A stretch of DNA of 64,000 nucleotides from a virus, in the IMG/VR virus record IMGVR_UViG_3300029253_000304. One strand, 5' to 3'. Numbering within the stretch: position 1 is the stretch's first letter; every line of letters begins with the position of its first letter. The translations under genes and the position numbers were made by a program. The notes beneath the pieces were generated by a model that did not search any database, was not told the DNA's origin, and saw only the letters and a list, made by a program, of their open reading frames with translations. Below are positions 56,705 to 64,000 of the stretch, piece by piece.

Positions 56705-56784
56705 CAGAAGTAAAGCATAAAGCGAAGGAGCTGAGTACCATCTCAAAATTTGCAAGCAAAAAGTTGATTGAGCGAAATTGCAAT

Positions 56785-57231
56785 ATCATGAAAGACTACG
56801 GCAATGGCTATTCCGTTGAGGAGCTTGCCACAAAATATAGGTTGAGCGTCCGTACTTGCTATCGAGCGTTAGACGACGCGAAACAGGAGGCCAGAATTCA
56901 GTTGGCGCAGGTAGAGGATGCTAGAAAGGCCGAAATTCTTGCTGCGTACAAAGCCAGTGTCCCTCTCAAGGAAATGATTGCAAAATTCAACGTGGCAGAA
57001 GGATATTGCAGCATGGTTGCCAACGATGCGGGCCTGACTGAAAACCGTAGAAATGAGCGCATCAAAATTAGACAAAGACCGCGCAATGAGAATATCTTTC
57101 GAGAATACGAGAGCGGCGTGCCGGTGCAGAAACTATCCGAAAAATATCAGCTCTCGGTTCCTGGTATTTACAAGGTTATCCAGCGAGTGAGAAGGCAAAA
57201 GGAGGCGATGGAGTTTTGCAATGGATTGTGA
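56785..57231 (+). CDS. small regulator with two tandem HTH-like repeats (start uncertain: TTG 56761 or ATG 56785)
   Basis: two copies of Y-x-x-G-x-SV-x-x-L-x-x-KY-x-LSV-x-x-x-Y+ modules; the ORF track start 56677 lies inside the promoter. Confidence 0.4.
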   Translation: MMKDYGNGYSVEELATKYRLSVRTCYRALDDAKQEARIQLAQVEDARKAEILAAYKASVPLKEMIAKFNVAEGYCSMVANDAGLTENRRNERIKIRQRPRNENIFREYESGVPVQKLSEKYQLSVPGIYKVIQRVRRQKEAMEFCNGL

Positions 57232-57854
57232 AGCAAACCAAATCGAAAGGATATGAGTTCACCTTCGATATCGTGAAAGGCAAGGCCGTTATCGGGCAGG
57301 CACACTATATTCCGAAAGTGCTGCGGCAAGGTTATGGCATCCGGCTGAATGATTCCAAGTTCCTGCTGCAATACATGCCAGCTGCTGACGCAAGGGCGTA
57401 CATGCGCGGCATCAACACGAAAGATATTCTGAGACACCCTTTTGCTATCTGTGAGAACAACCGCAGGGTAGGCGAGATTTCCGTCATCCATACAAAAACC
57501 GGATTCCTCCAAGGATACAATTCTATCGCCATGCAACTGTATGGCGAGGAATACCAGAGCTACAAAATCGGCTTTGGAAAAGAAGGAGTATGCTGCCCTG
57601 TATTCCTTTGCGGACAGCAAATCGCCCAAATCAATAAGAGCGCGGTGGTCAAGGATAATCTGGATGAATACCTGATTTACGCAGTGAATGAAAAGGCACT
57701 GATGCCGTCCGTCATGTTCGCCATTTATATCGATGGAATATACTACGCAAACCGAGGCGTGTATGTGGATGACGCAACGACTATCAACTGCGAATACAGC
57801 TTGAACGAGGAAGTCCTGTCCCACTACGACCCGAATTTTGTCAAGGGACTATGA
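57216..57854 (+). CDS. hypothetical protein (212 aa)
   Basis: overlaps the end of the HTH gene (operon); no motifs. Confidence 0.45.
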   Translation: MQWIVKQTKSKGYEFTFDIVKGKAVIGQAHYIPKVLRQGYGIRLNDSKFLLQYMPAADARAYMRGINTKDILRHPFAICENNRRVGEISVIHTKTGFLQGYNSIAMQLYGEEYQSYKIGFGKEGVCCPVFLCGQQIAQINKSAVVKDNLDEYLIYAVNEKALMPSVMFAIYIDGIYYANRGVYVDDATTINCEYSLNEEVLSHYDPNFVKGL

Positions 57855-57887
57855 CTCCGATAACTGGTATTCACAGACAATATCATA

Positions 57888-57915
57888 TTGCGAAACTGTG
57901 CGAATCGCAGACAAT
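57888..57915 (+). promoter_or_regulatory. conserved-spacer promoter (e): TTGCGA-aacTGTGCGAATCGCA-GACAAT
   Basis: same family. Confidence 0.5.
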
Positions 57916-57954
57916 TAAAAGTGAATGAATTACAAAAGCTACAGAGGATAAACA

Positions 57955-58551
57955 ATGAGCTATGAACCCATTATCACACCGGGCAGGAATTTCTTTCTTG
58001 TCTCGACGGAGTACAAAGAGAGCTGCTCTGCCTGGTGCCGCAAGCAAATTAGAGCGACGCTGAGGACCTGTCAGGGACGAGTCATCATCATTGATGCAAC
58101 GGGCGAGTACGCGGACTTGGCGCTTGAACATGACAGATTGATTCGAGAGAAAATCCCGTCCATCATTTATCGGTATAAGCTGGTGGACGGGAAACCGTAT
58201 ATTGCTCATGTCATTGAAGTTGATACGGAAGCAAATGAAGCACCGCACCTGATTGTATACGATATCAGCCGGACCATAATCATCAGCTGGAAGGTCGGCG
58301 TGGAGGCAATTGATAAAATCCTGCAATCCTATGCCGTGATGCAGGACAGTGAAATTGCGTGGCTGTATGTTCCGCTGGACTTATATACCAATGTCAAGCC
58401 TGAAACCGAATCCTGGAACATTCTGGAACGAACCATCAAGGGCAATGAAGGAAAGCTCATGACGGTGCTGACAACACGAAAATTCAACATCGGCATGGTT
58501 CAGCGCTGTTTGCATATGACAAAAAATAAACTTCTGGAGGATAGCAAATGA
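57955..58551 (+). CDS. hypothetical protein (198 aa)
   Basis: RBS AGAGGA; first gene after promoter (e). Confidence 0.45.
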   Translation: MSYEPIITPGRNFFLVSTEYKESCSAWCRKQIRATLRTCQGRVIIIDATGEYADLALEHDRLIREKIPSIIYRYKLVDGKPYIAHVIEVDTEANEAPHLIVYDISRTIIISWKVGVEAIDKILQSYAVMQDSEIAWLYVPLDLYTNVKPETESWNILERTIKGNEGKLMTVLTTRKFNIGMVQRCLHMTKNKLLEDSK

Positions 58552-59435
58552 CCAATGAACAGCTGAGAATTGCATTGACGGCGAATGCCGTTACCAAACA
58601 GACCCGTAACCATTTTGGGTTCAGTGACCCGTGTGGGAAGACTCTGGAAGAGTACAACAAATCTTCAATGCTTTGCTGTGTGACGGCAGCGCAGAAAATG
58701 AACACGCCGGGTTTCGAGCGTGTCCTTGCTGCACAGATTTTCCCCTGCTTCACCATCGGCTGCTGGAACCAGACGAAGACGGTCTATGATTTTGACTACG
58801 AGTTCCAGAAAATTCTTATGGATACGGATGACATGGCGATTCATCAGGATATCCTGCAGCGGCTTCCGATTCGTGATTTCTTTATCCCGGTGTATGACAG
58901 CTACGACTACAACGGTATGTTCGTGCATGTGGAATTCGAAGAGAAAGAGAAGACCACTGCTTTCGGCATCGTTCTTGTCGGCCCGGCCAAAGGCAGCCAT
59001 GATGATTTCACGTTCCTGACTCTGCCTGCCTGGGCCAAAGAAAACCAGAGCTTGACGGAAGCAACTCGGAGCACGAAAGAATACCTGGAAAAGGCAGCCG
59101 GGCAGCGGCAGGTAAATGGTATCAGCGTACCGGCTGTGATGGAAGCAGTTCCTTCGGTCTTTGACGGCGGCACGCCTTATGTTCGCCTGGCAATCCTGTG
59201 TGCCTACTATCTTGCCAGTAAGAACCCTGATGTCCGCTTGGAAACTTCCAAAAAGCGTGACCGCCCGGTATTCGTGTTTCAGGGAAAGGCACAGCGAATC
59301 AACGTCAAGGCATATACCGTTGGTGAGAATGCGGCCAAAGAATACAAGAAGAACGGGGAAGGCAAAACTCCCCGCTGGCGGCATTACTGGTGCGGCAATG
59401 GCCGGGAACGTCGGGAATGCAAGTTTATTTACTGA
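58548..59435 (+). CDS. hypothetical protein (295 aa)
   Basis: ATGA overlap with the upstream gene; RBS GGAGGA; no motifs; the antisense ORF 58665..59552 is rejected. Confidence 0.45.
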   Translation: MTNEQLRIALTANAVTKQTRNHFGFSDPCGKTLEEYNKSSMLCCVTAAQKMNTPGFERVLAAQIFPCFTIGCWNQTKTVYDFDYEFQKILMDTDDMAIHQDILQRLPIRDFFIPVYDSYDYNGMFVHVEFEEKEKTTAFGIVLVGPAKGSHDDFTFLTLPAWAKENQSLTEATRSTKEYLEKAAGQRQVNGISVPAVMEAVPSVFDGGTPYVRLAILCAYYLASKNPDVRLETSKKRDRPVFVFQGKAQRINVKAYTVGENAAKEYKKNGEGKTPRWRHYWCGNGRERRECKFIY

Positions 59436-59453
59436 TGGCGGTGAGGGTGAATC

Positions 59454-60161
59454 ATGGCTCCCCATACTTATCAGGACCCGATTGGGTTCTATGAATGGTT
59501 CGATGACCTTCCTTATGCTATCCAGGATAGTATTCTGAAACACCTGCCGCATATGGAAGGCGAGGAATGGCTCATTGTCATTATCCTTGCAGCTCTTCTT
59601 CTGATGATTCTGGTTTCAGCGTATCTGGGCTTTGCAAGACATAATGTCAAAAAAACGAGTGAACGACTCAACGCTTTGAAAGAGCTGAACAACACGACTG
59701 AATTCATGCCGGTCGAGGCGCAGTACCGCTACTATCTACGTTCTGATACGAAGCTGGAATACGAGGAGTTCTCGCTCCCGAAGTTCTTTCGCCGTGAAGT
59801 GAGGGAAAACTTCAAGCTGTACAATACCCTGCTTGGCAATGCTCGGGCAAACACAGTATTGTATGAAACATACGGCCGCGAAATCCAGGAACTCCCGGAT
59901 TGGACAGAATCGGATGACGATTGCGGGCGGCATATCCCGTTCTTTCTCTACCACAACATCGAGAAAGAGTTGTACGATGAAACTGTCCTGGACTGCCCTG
60001 TAACGAACCCTGAGTTTGTCTGTACGAAAAGCTATCTGCCCAAAGATGCCAAAGAGCCGATTGAGACGGAAGAGACCTATACACTGGAGGAACTGGAAGA
60101 GTACATACGCCGCTTGAAGGTTGCAGCCGATGTCAAGAAGAACAGCCAAAACGCAGGCTAA
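59454..60161 (+). CDS. hypothetical single-TM protein (235 aa)
   Basis: one TM helix (LIVIILAALLLMILVSAYLGF); acidic C-terminal region. Confidence 0.45.
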   Translation: MAPHTYQDPIGFYEWFDDLPYAIQDSILKHLPHMEGEEWLIVIILAALLLMILVSAYLGFARHNVKKTSERLNALKELNNTTEFMPVEAQYRYYLRSDTKLEYEEFSLPKFFRREVRENFKLYNTLLGNARANTVLYETYGREIQELPDWTESDDDCGRHIPFFLYHNIEKELYDETVLDCPVTNPEFVCTKSYLPKDAKEPIETEETYTLEELEEYIRRLKVAADVKKNSQNAG

Positions 60162-60364
60162 AAGGGTAGCGGCCAAAGGCAAGAGGCAAGACTCCGTGGC
60201 TGTCAGTTGCAGAACGTCTTCACACCTGAATTCTTGAATTTTGCCAGTGCTTTGATGAATAATGAAGAGCGCACGCCCCGTCTATAGCCGTAAGGCTTAG
60301 GCGGGGTTAGCTCGTGTTTTGGAGCAGAAATCAGAAATTATTGTTTTCCGTTCTGATAAAGGTA

Positions 60365-60392
60365 TTGCCTGGTTGTGCGAACTGGATACTAT
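60365..60392 (+). promoter_or_regulatory. conserved-spacer promoter (f): TTGCCT-ggtTGTGCGAACTGGA-TACTAT
   Basis: same family; drives the TnpB-like gene. Confidence 0.5.
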
Positions 60393-60417
60393 AAAATTAT
60401 AGTAAACTGCAAGGGAG

Positions 60418-61911
60418 GTGAGTGCTTTGAATATTACATCCAGCTATCAGGTGAGAATCGTCAATTGCAGCGTAAACCTCAATGAGACTGTTCGCATTTA
60501 TCGCAAGGCACTTGCCTACCTGATTGGTGTTGTCAATGAAAACTGGGATGCCGTCAAACGCATTGATACCGGCAATCTTGAGCAGCAGCACTATATTGAC
60601 AAGCTAGTTCATGGCACCAAAAATCATGAGGCTAAGTATCCTGAATTTGATAAGCAGTTCTATAAGTACCCGTCGTATTTGCGCCGTGCAACTATTACGG
60701 CCGCCATTGGCGCGGTAAGCGGCTATCACAGCAATCTAGCTAATTGGGAAATGTCCGACAAAAAGGACAAACAGCCTACTCTTCAAGTAGATAGAAAAGC
60801 TTTTCCTACATTCTTCCGCGTTGATATGTTCCTTGTGGACGGCACACCCGAAAAGGTGAAAGTCGTAAAAAATCCTAAACCGAAGGATGAACTCACGGCA
60901 GAAGAAAAGAAAATCGAGAAAGCAAAACGCAAAGCTGCTGAATTACAGAACTCTCAAAATGAACTGACGGTTTTGAGTAATCACTGTACCGTTCGCTTGA
61001 AAGTTTTCTATAAAAACGACTGGGTGTGGGCAACTGTCACGCTGCGTAAAACGGATATTGCCTATTTACGCAAATACTGGATGCACGCTTGCTCGTCAGC
61101 CCCTATGCTCGAAAAGCGTTTCGGCAAATACAGCCTGCGCTTTGCTTTTGAGGAAAATACTACTCTTAGTGATACTCCTATCGATAAGCAGCGCGTCTGC
61201 GCCGTCGATTTAGGTCTCAATACCGATGCGGTGTGCAGCATCATGACCGCTGATGGAACTATCCTTGCCAGGAAGTTTATCAACTTCCCGAGTGACAAAG
61301 ACCATCTGTATCATGTACTTAACCGCATCAAGAAGTTCCAAAGGCTGCATGGGTCCCGGGAAGCGCATAACTTTTGGGCCTATGCAAAGCGCGTTAATGA
61401 TGAATTGTCCAAAAAGATTGCCGCCGCGATTGTAGAATTTGCGGTCCTCTATTCTGCCGATGTGATTGTTTTTGAGCACTTAGATTTCAAAGGCAAGAAA
61501 TCATCGTGCAAAAAGCAAAAAATCCAGATGTGGCGTAAAAATGGTATCCAGCGCATTGCGGAACATAAAGCGCACCGCTGCGGTATTCGTATCTCGCACA
61601 TCTGCGCTTGGGGGACTAGCAAACTTGCGTATGACGGCAGCGGCGAAGTGAAACGCGCACCAGATAACCATTCCCTTGCTACTTTTACAAGCAGCAAACA
61701 ATACAATGCGGACTTGAATGCGTGCTACAACATCGGCGCACGCTATTTCATCCGTGAGGTAACAAAACCCATGTCAAAAAAGGCATGGTCTCAATGCAAG
61801 GCTGAAGTTCCTGACATTGAGCGTAGAACCCAATGCACTTTACACTCTCTCAGACAGCTGCATGCCTTTTTGAGCACTCCAAAAGAGGCTCAGCCTGAAG
61901 CAGCCGCCTGA
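60418..61911 (+). CDS. TnpB-like RuvC nuclease (497 aa) with degenerate zinc finger
   Basis: RuvC-I AVDLGLNTD, RuvC-II VIVFEHLDF, RuvC-III YNADLNACYNIGARYF; only a partial C...C where CxxC...CxxC is expected. Confidence 0.7.
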   Translation: MSALNITSSYQVRIVNCSVNLNETVRIYRKALAYLIGVVNENWDAVKRIDTGNLEQQHYIDKLVHGTKNHEAKYPEFDKQFYKYPSYLRRATITAAIGAVSGYHSNLANWEMSDKKDKQPTLQVDRKAFPTFFRVDMFLVDGTPEKVKVVKNPKPKDELTAEEKKIEKAKRKAAELQNSQNELTVLSNHCTVRLKVFYKNDWVWATVTLRKTDIAYLRKYWMHACSSAPMLEKRFGKYSLRFAFEENTTLSDTPIDKQRVCAVDLGLNTDAVCSIMTADGTILARKFINFPSDKDHLYHVLNRIKKFQRLHGSREAHNFWAYAKRVNDELSKKIAAAIVEFAVLYSADVIVFEHLDFKGKKSSCKKQKIQMWRKNGIQRIAEHKAHRCGIRISHICAWGTSKLAYDGSGEVKRAPDNHSLATFTSSKQYNADLNACYNIGARYFIREVTKPMSKKAWSQCKAEVPDIERRTQCTLHSLRQLHAFLSTPKEAQPEAAA

Positions 61912-62147
61912 TGTAGATGTACTGTGTTGCGACAACTTTGCGGGAGACTAACCCTTATGTGGTGACCAATGCCGTCAGGCGTTGTGAGCTAAGTTTGGGC
62001 TGTATCTCTACCTTCGGGTAACGCAGAGACTTACCGTGGGGCTACAACCCACGGAGAAGCCCCGTTTAAGCCGCAAGGCTTAGGTGAGGAGGTTCACATT
62101 CTGCGGGCATTGACAAACAGCCAAAAATGTGCTTAGGTTAAAAATCC

Positions 62148-62175
62148 TTGCAAAAACGTACGATACCCATACAAT
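62148..62175 (+). promoter_or_regulatory. promoter TTGCAA-16-TACAAT without the conserved spacer
   Basis: read from sequence; upstream of the 62216 gene. Confidence 0.35.
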
Positions 62176-62215
62176 AAGCACAAATGAAATAACGAATGAA
62201 TAGGAGATACATACC

Positions 62216-62824
62216 ATGAGTGAACAGAATACCAATGCTCAGCTCGAAGCTTATCGGACTCTCGTTGACGATTTCAAGCGTTTCGTCAGTTCTGAAATTC
62301 GGGCAGAGGAAAACAGCTACCGGATTGTGGACATGACTTCCGAAGATGCCGAAATCGATGACCCGAGCGTTCCGGTGACTCAACTGGAGGACGAAAAAGC
62401 AGAGAAGCTCGCCGGTATCTGCATGGACCTGTCCAACGCTACGCTGTGGCTCTACTACAACCACGACAAGTTTGCGAACGTCGAGTTTATGCCTCTGAAA
62501 GAGGAGACTTTGAAGGAATACCAGAAGCAGGCTCAGAATGCTCTGAATGAACCGAAGAGCCCTCTGTATCTGAAATCCTGGTATCAGCTCATTGAAATGT
62601 TGAGTCAGGAATGTATCCCGCAGCGCTACGAGGACGACGGTCAGCGATATACAGACGTCTATGTGAACACCTATATGCTCATGTACCTGACCATGACCCG
62701 ACTCAAGAACGGCGGAACCTTTACACGCCTTGCAAACGGGCAGGGAAGCGATGCTGTGAAAATCACGACCATCGCAATGTACTACTTCTCCAGCCTTTTG
62801 ACGGTTCTCTGCACTGAATATTAA
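62216..62824 (+). CDS. hypothetical protein (202 aa)
   Basis: RBS AGGAGA; no motifs. Confidence 0.45.
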   Translation: MSEQNTNAQLEAYRTLVDDFKRFVSSEIRAEENSYRIVDMTSEDAEIDDPSVPVTQLEDEKAEKLAGICMDLSNATLWLYYNHDKFANVEFMPLKEETLKEYQKQAQNALNEPKSPLYLKSWYQLIEMLSQECIPQRYEDDGQRYTDVYVNTYMLMYLTMTRLKNGGTFTRLANGQGSDAVKITTIAMYYFSSLLTVLCTEY

Positions 62825-62882
62825 GAATTTTTTTCCCGTGTGAGCAGCGACGCTCATGCGGGAATTTTTTTGTAATTTTCTA

Positions 62883-62910
62883 TTGCTAATCTGTGCGAAT
62901 TGCGTACAAT
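62883..62910 (+). promoter_or_regulatory. conserved-spacer promoter (g): TTGCTA-atcTGTGCGAATTGCG-TACAAT
   Basis: same family; upstream of small ORF, omega-RNA copy 2 and the IscB-like ORF. Confidence 0.5.
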
Positions 62911-62944
62911 AGCAAATATAAAGTAGAAGTATATCGAATCGCTG

Positions 62945-62980
62945 CCCCGCATGAATTGTTTGTGCGGGGCTTTTTGTTTG
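62945..62980 (+). terminator. terminator/attenuator-like hairpin between promoter (g) and the next start codon
   Basis: stem CCCCGCA...TGCGGGG followed by CTTTTTGTTTG, immediately before RBS GGAAAGGAAA. Confidence 0.4.
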
Positions 62981-62997
62981 CGGAAAGGAAATGCATT

Positions 62998-63204
62998 ATG
63001 TACGGTTTGTCAGAAGAAAGCTTAACGATTGTTGGTATTATTTTGATTATTGTTGGTGTCGCTATGATTGGTTGGGGATTTGAATGGAATCAGGACATTA
63101 CCAATGATAAACGGGTCGGAACCGTTGTCAGAGACATTGGCGTTATGGTTTTGGCAACCGGCATCATATTTGTGATGCAGCGGGCAGTCAACAACCCCGC
63201 CTAA
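62998..63204 (+). CDS. small two-TM membrane protein; last five codons and stop lie in the conserved omega-RNA 5' region
   Basis: ATG 62998 with RBS; hydrophobic helices; C-terminal ...VNNPA* encoded by GTCAACAACCCCGCCTAA. Confidence 0.35.
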   Translation: MYGLSEESLTIVGIILIIVGVAMIGWGFEWNQDITNDKRVGTVVRDIGVMVLATGIIFVMQRAVNNPA

Positions 63205-63545
63205 ACCGGTTCGCCGGTTATAGGCGGGGCTTGCGGGGCAACCCGTAAGCCCGGTTGATTAGCCTTGGTGAACGGCAACTTCGGTTGCTGCGAACTCCGT
63301 TATGCATTTGATGAGCAATCATCTTCATAATATAGGCACCCCGATTATGCTCCACAAGTGTCGGGCTCTGCGGGCAGTGTATGTGTCAATGACGCAAGCC
63401 GTTGATATGTATTACGTTAAAAATCTCTAAGGGTAGGAGATGTGCGGCTGCCATGCCGAAAGGCTAAAACAGTGCATAACATTGGCGAAGTGGACCACAG
63501 GGCGCAAGCCCTGACTTATAGTTTCATTACTATTTAACGAAAGGA
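63180..63545 (+). ncRNA. IscB-type omega-RNA (HEARO-like), copy 2, immediately upstream of the IscB-like ORF
   Basis: conserved with copy 1; the 5' ~15 nt differ between copies (guide-like); GNRA-capped hairpins; 3' end carries the RBS of the downstream ORF. Confidence 0.6.
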
Positions 63546-63554
63546 GTGCCTTGC

Positions 63555-64000
63555 ATGAGCACTTGCGTTTGTGTTCTCAGCAACAGTGGTGAACGCTTAA
63601 TGCCTACCTTCCGTCTTGGCAAGGTACGCCGACTCTTGAAAGACGGAAAAGCAAAAATCGTTAAGCATCATCCTTTTACTATTCAACTGCTGTATGACAG
63701 CAAGACAAACACTCAACCCATCGAAATCTGCGAAGACGTGGGCTACAACTACATCGGCATCAGCGTGAAAAGCAAATCTCACGAATATGTGTCTGCCCAG
63801 TATGATACATTGCAGGATGAGAAGGAACATCACGATGATTGCCGCAAGTATCGCCGCACACGCAGAAACAGACTGCGTTACCGTAAACCGCGCTTCGATA
63901 ACCGCAAGCGCAGCGAAGGTTGGCTTGCACCTTCTCTGGAACATAAGAAGCAGCTGAATATCCGTCTTATCGAACGGTATGTATCTGTAATTCCGATTAC
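63555..64000 (+). CDS. iscB: IscB-like protein, N-terminal part (3'-partial at window end)
   Basis: N-terminal PLMP-type motif (RLMPTFRLGKVRRLLKDGKAKIVKHHPFTIQLLYD); Arg-rich segment then RFDNRKRSEGWLAPS, as recalled for IscB/Cas9-ancestor proteins; open to window end. Confidence 0.65.
   Translation, partial: MSTCVCVLSNSGERLMPTFRLGKVRRLLKDGKAKIVKHHPFTIQLLYDSKTNTQPIEICEDVGYNYIGISVKSKSHEYVSAQYDTLQDEKEHHDDCRKYRRTRRNRLRYRKPRFDNRKRSEGWLAPSLEHKKQLNIRLIERYVSVIPI

Larger units (their letters stand above)
60272..62090 (+). mobile_element. putative IS200/IS605-type element carrying a TnpB-like gene, bounded by similar ~32 nt direct segments
   Basis: GCCCCGTCTATAGCCGTAAGGCTTAGGCGGGG (60275-) and GCCCCGTTTAAGCCGCAAGGCTTAGGTGAGG (62050-) flank the gene; structured 3'-flank. 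Confidence 0.4.

Noticed and set aside
56677-56784. ORF-track start at 56677 for the HTH regulator, and the start at 52226 for the membrane protein
   Set aside because: Both starts fall within or a few nt after the predicted promoter elements. Downstream in-frame starts (56761/56785 and 52268) are compatible with a transcript.
58665-59552. 295 aa minus-strand ORF overlapping the plus-strand gene 58548-59435
   Set aside because: The plus-strand gene is translationally coupled to its neighbours and has a GGAGGA RBS. The minus-strand ORF has no start context.
38088-63201. Shared 8-mer GTCAACAA at the right-end flank of the 38 kb TnpB element and at the 5' edge of both omega-RNA copies
   Set aside because: An 8-mer is expected about twice by chance in 64 kb on two strands. 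No extended similarity surrounds it at 38088, so it is not treated as a common target site.
62893-63204. ORF-track start at 62893 (GTG) for the small membrane protein
   Set aside because: That GTG lies inside the conserved promoter spacer (GTGCGAATTG...). The ATG at 62998, with an RBS and downstream of the predicted TSS, is the credible start.

Overview
This 64 kb window reads as a mosaic accessory or mobile island from a Firmicutes genome, probably Clostridia. The layout, in order, is:

- 1-8.1 kb: a phage-like recombination and replication module (5'-partial ORF, YqaJ-type exonuclease, small HTH and membrane proteins, a DUF2325-like protein, a RecD2-like helicase).
- 8.3-26.4 kb: a Gram-positive-type type IV secretion (conjugation) cluster. 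It holds a VirB2-like pilin, a VirB6-like membrane protein fused to a roughly 1,700-residue low-complexity tail, an M23 cell-wall hydrolase, a lipoprotein, a VirD4 coupling protein, a VirB3-like protein and a VirB4 ATPase. No relaxase or integrase is visible.
- 26.4-38 kb: cargo of mixed GC content. It includes a winged-helix protein with upstream iteron-like repeats, a secreted CPYC thioredoxin-like protein, an array of eight CGTAG-core repeats, a metallophosphoesterase, an AT-rich multi-zinc-ribbon nuclease-like protein, a Y-family polymerase, and GNAT-like and YpsA-like proteins.
- 38-64 kb: a hotspot of IS200/IS605-superfamily (OMEGA) elements. There are two solo TnpB genes, one complete tnpA-tnpB element inserted between two paralogous lipoprotein genes, and a TnpB-like gene with a degenerate zinc finger. 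There are also two copies of a roughly 315-365 nt structured RNA that looks like an IscB-type omega-RNA. One copy sits directly upstream of a 3'-partial IscB-like ORF at the window end. The other is orphaned and fused to a flotillin-membrane protein-vWA operon.

Between these elements lie uncharacterised gene sets that may be novel systems. One is an HD-domain protein plus a 509 aa partner, flanked by IS elements. Another is a P-loop NTPase, a tandem-HTH regulator and four tightly coupled unknown genes. Seven transcription units across 49.8-62.9 kb share a sigma70-type promoter (TTGCnn-16-TACAAT-like) whose spacer carries the conserved block TGTGCGAAYTG, which points to common regulation.

No rRNA, tRNA or CRISPR array was recognised. 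All calls rest on motif recognition by eye; no database search was possible.
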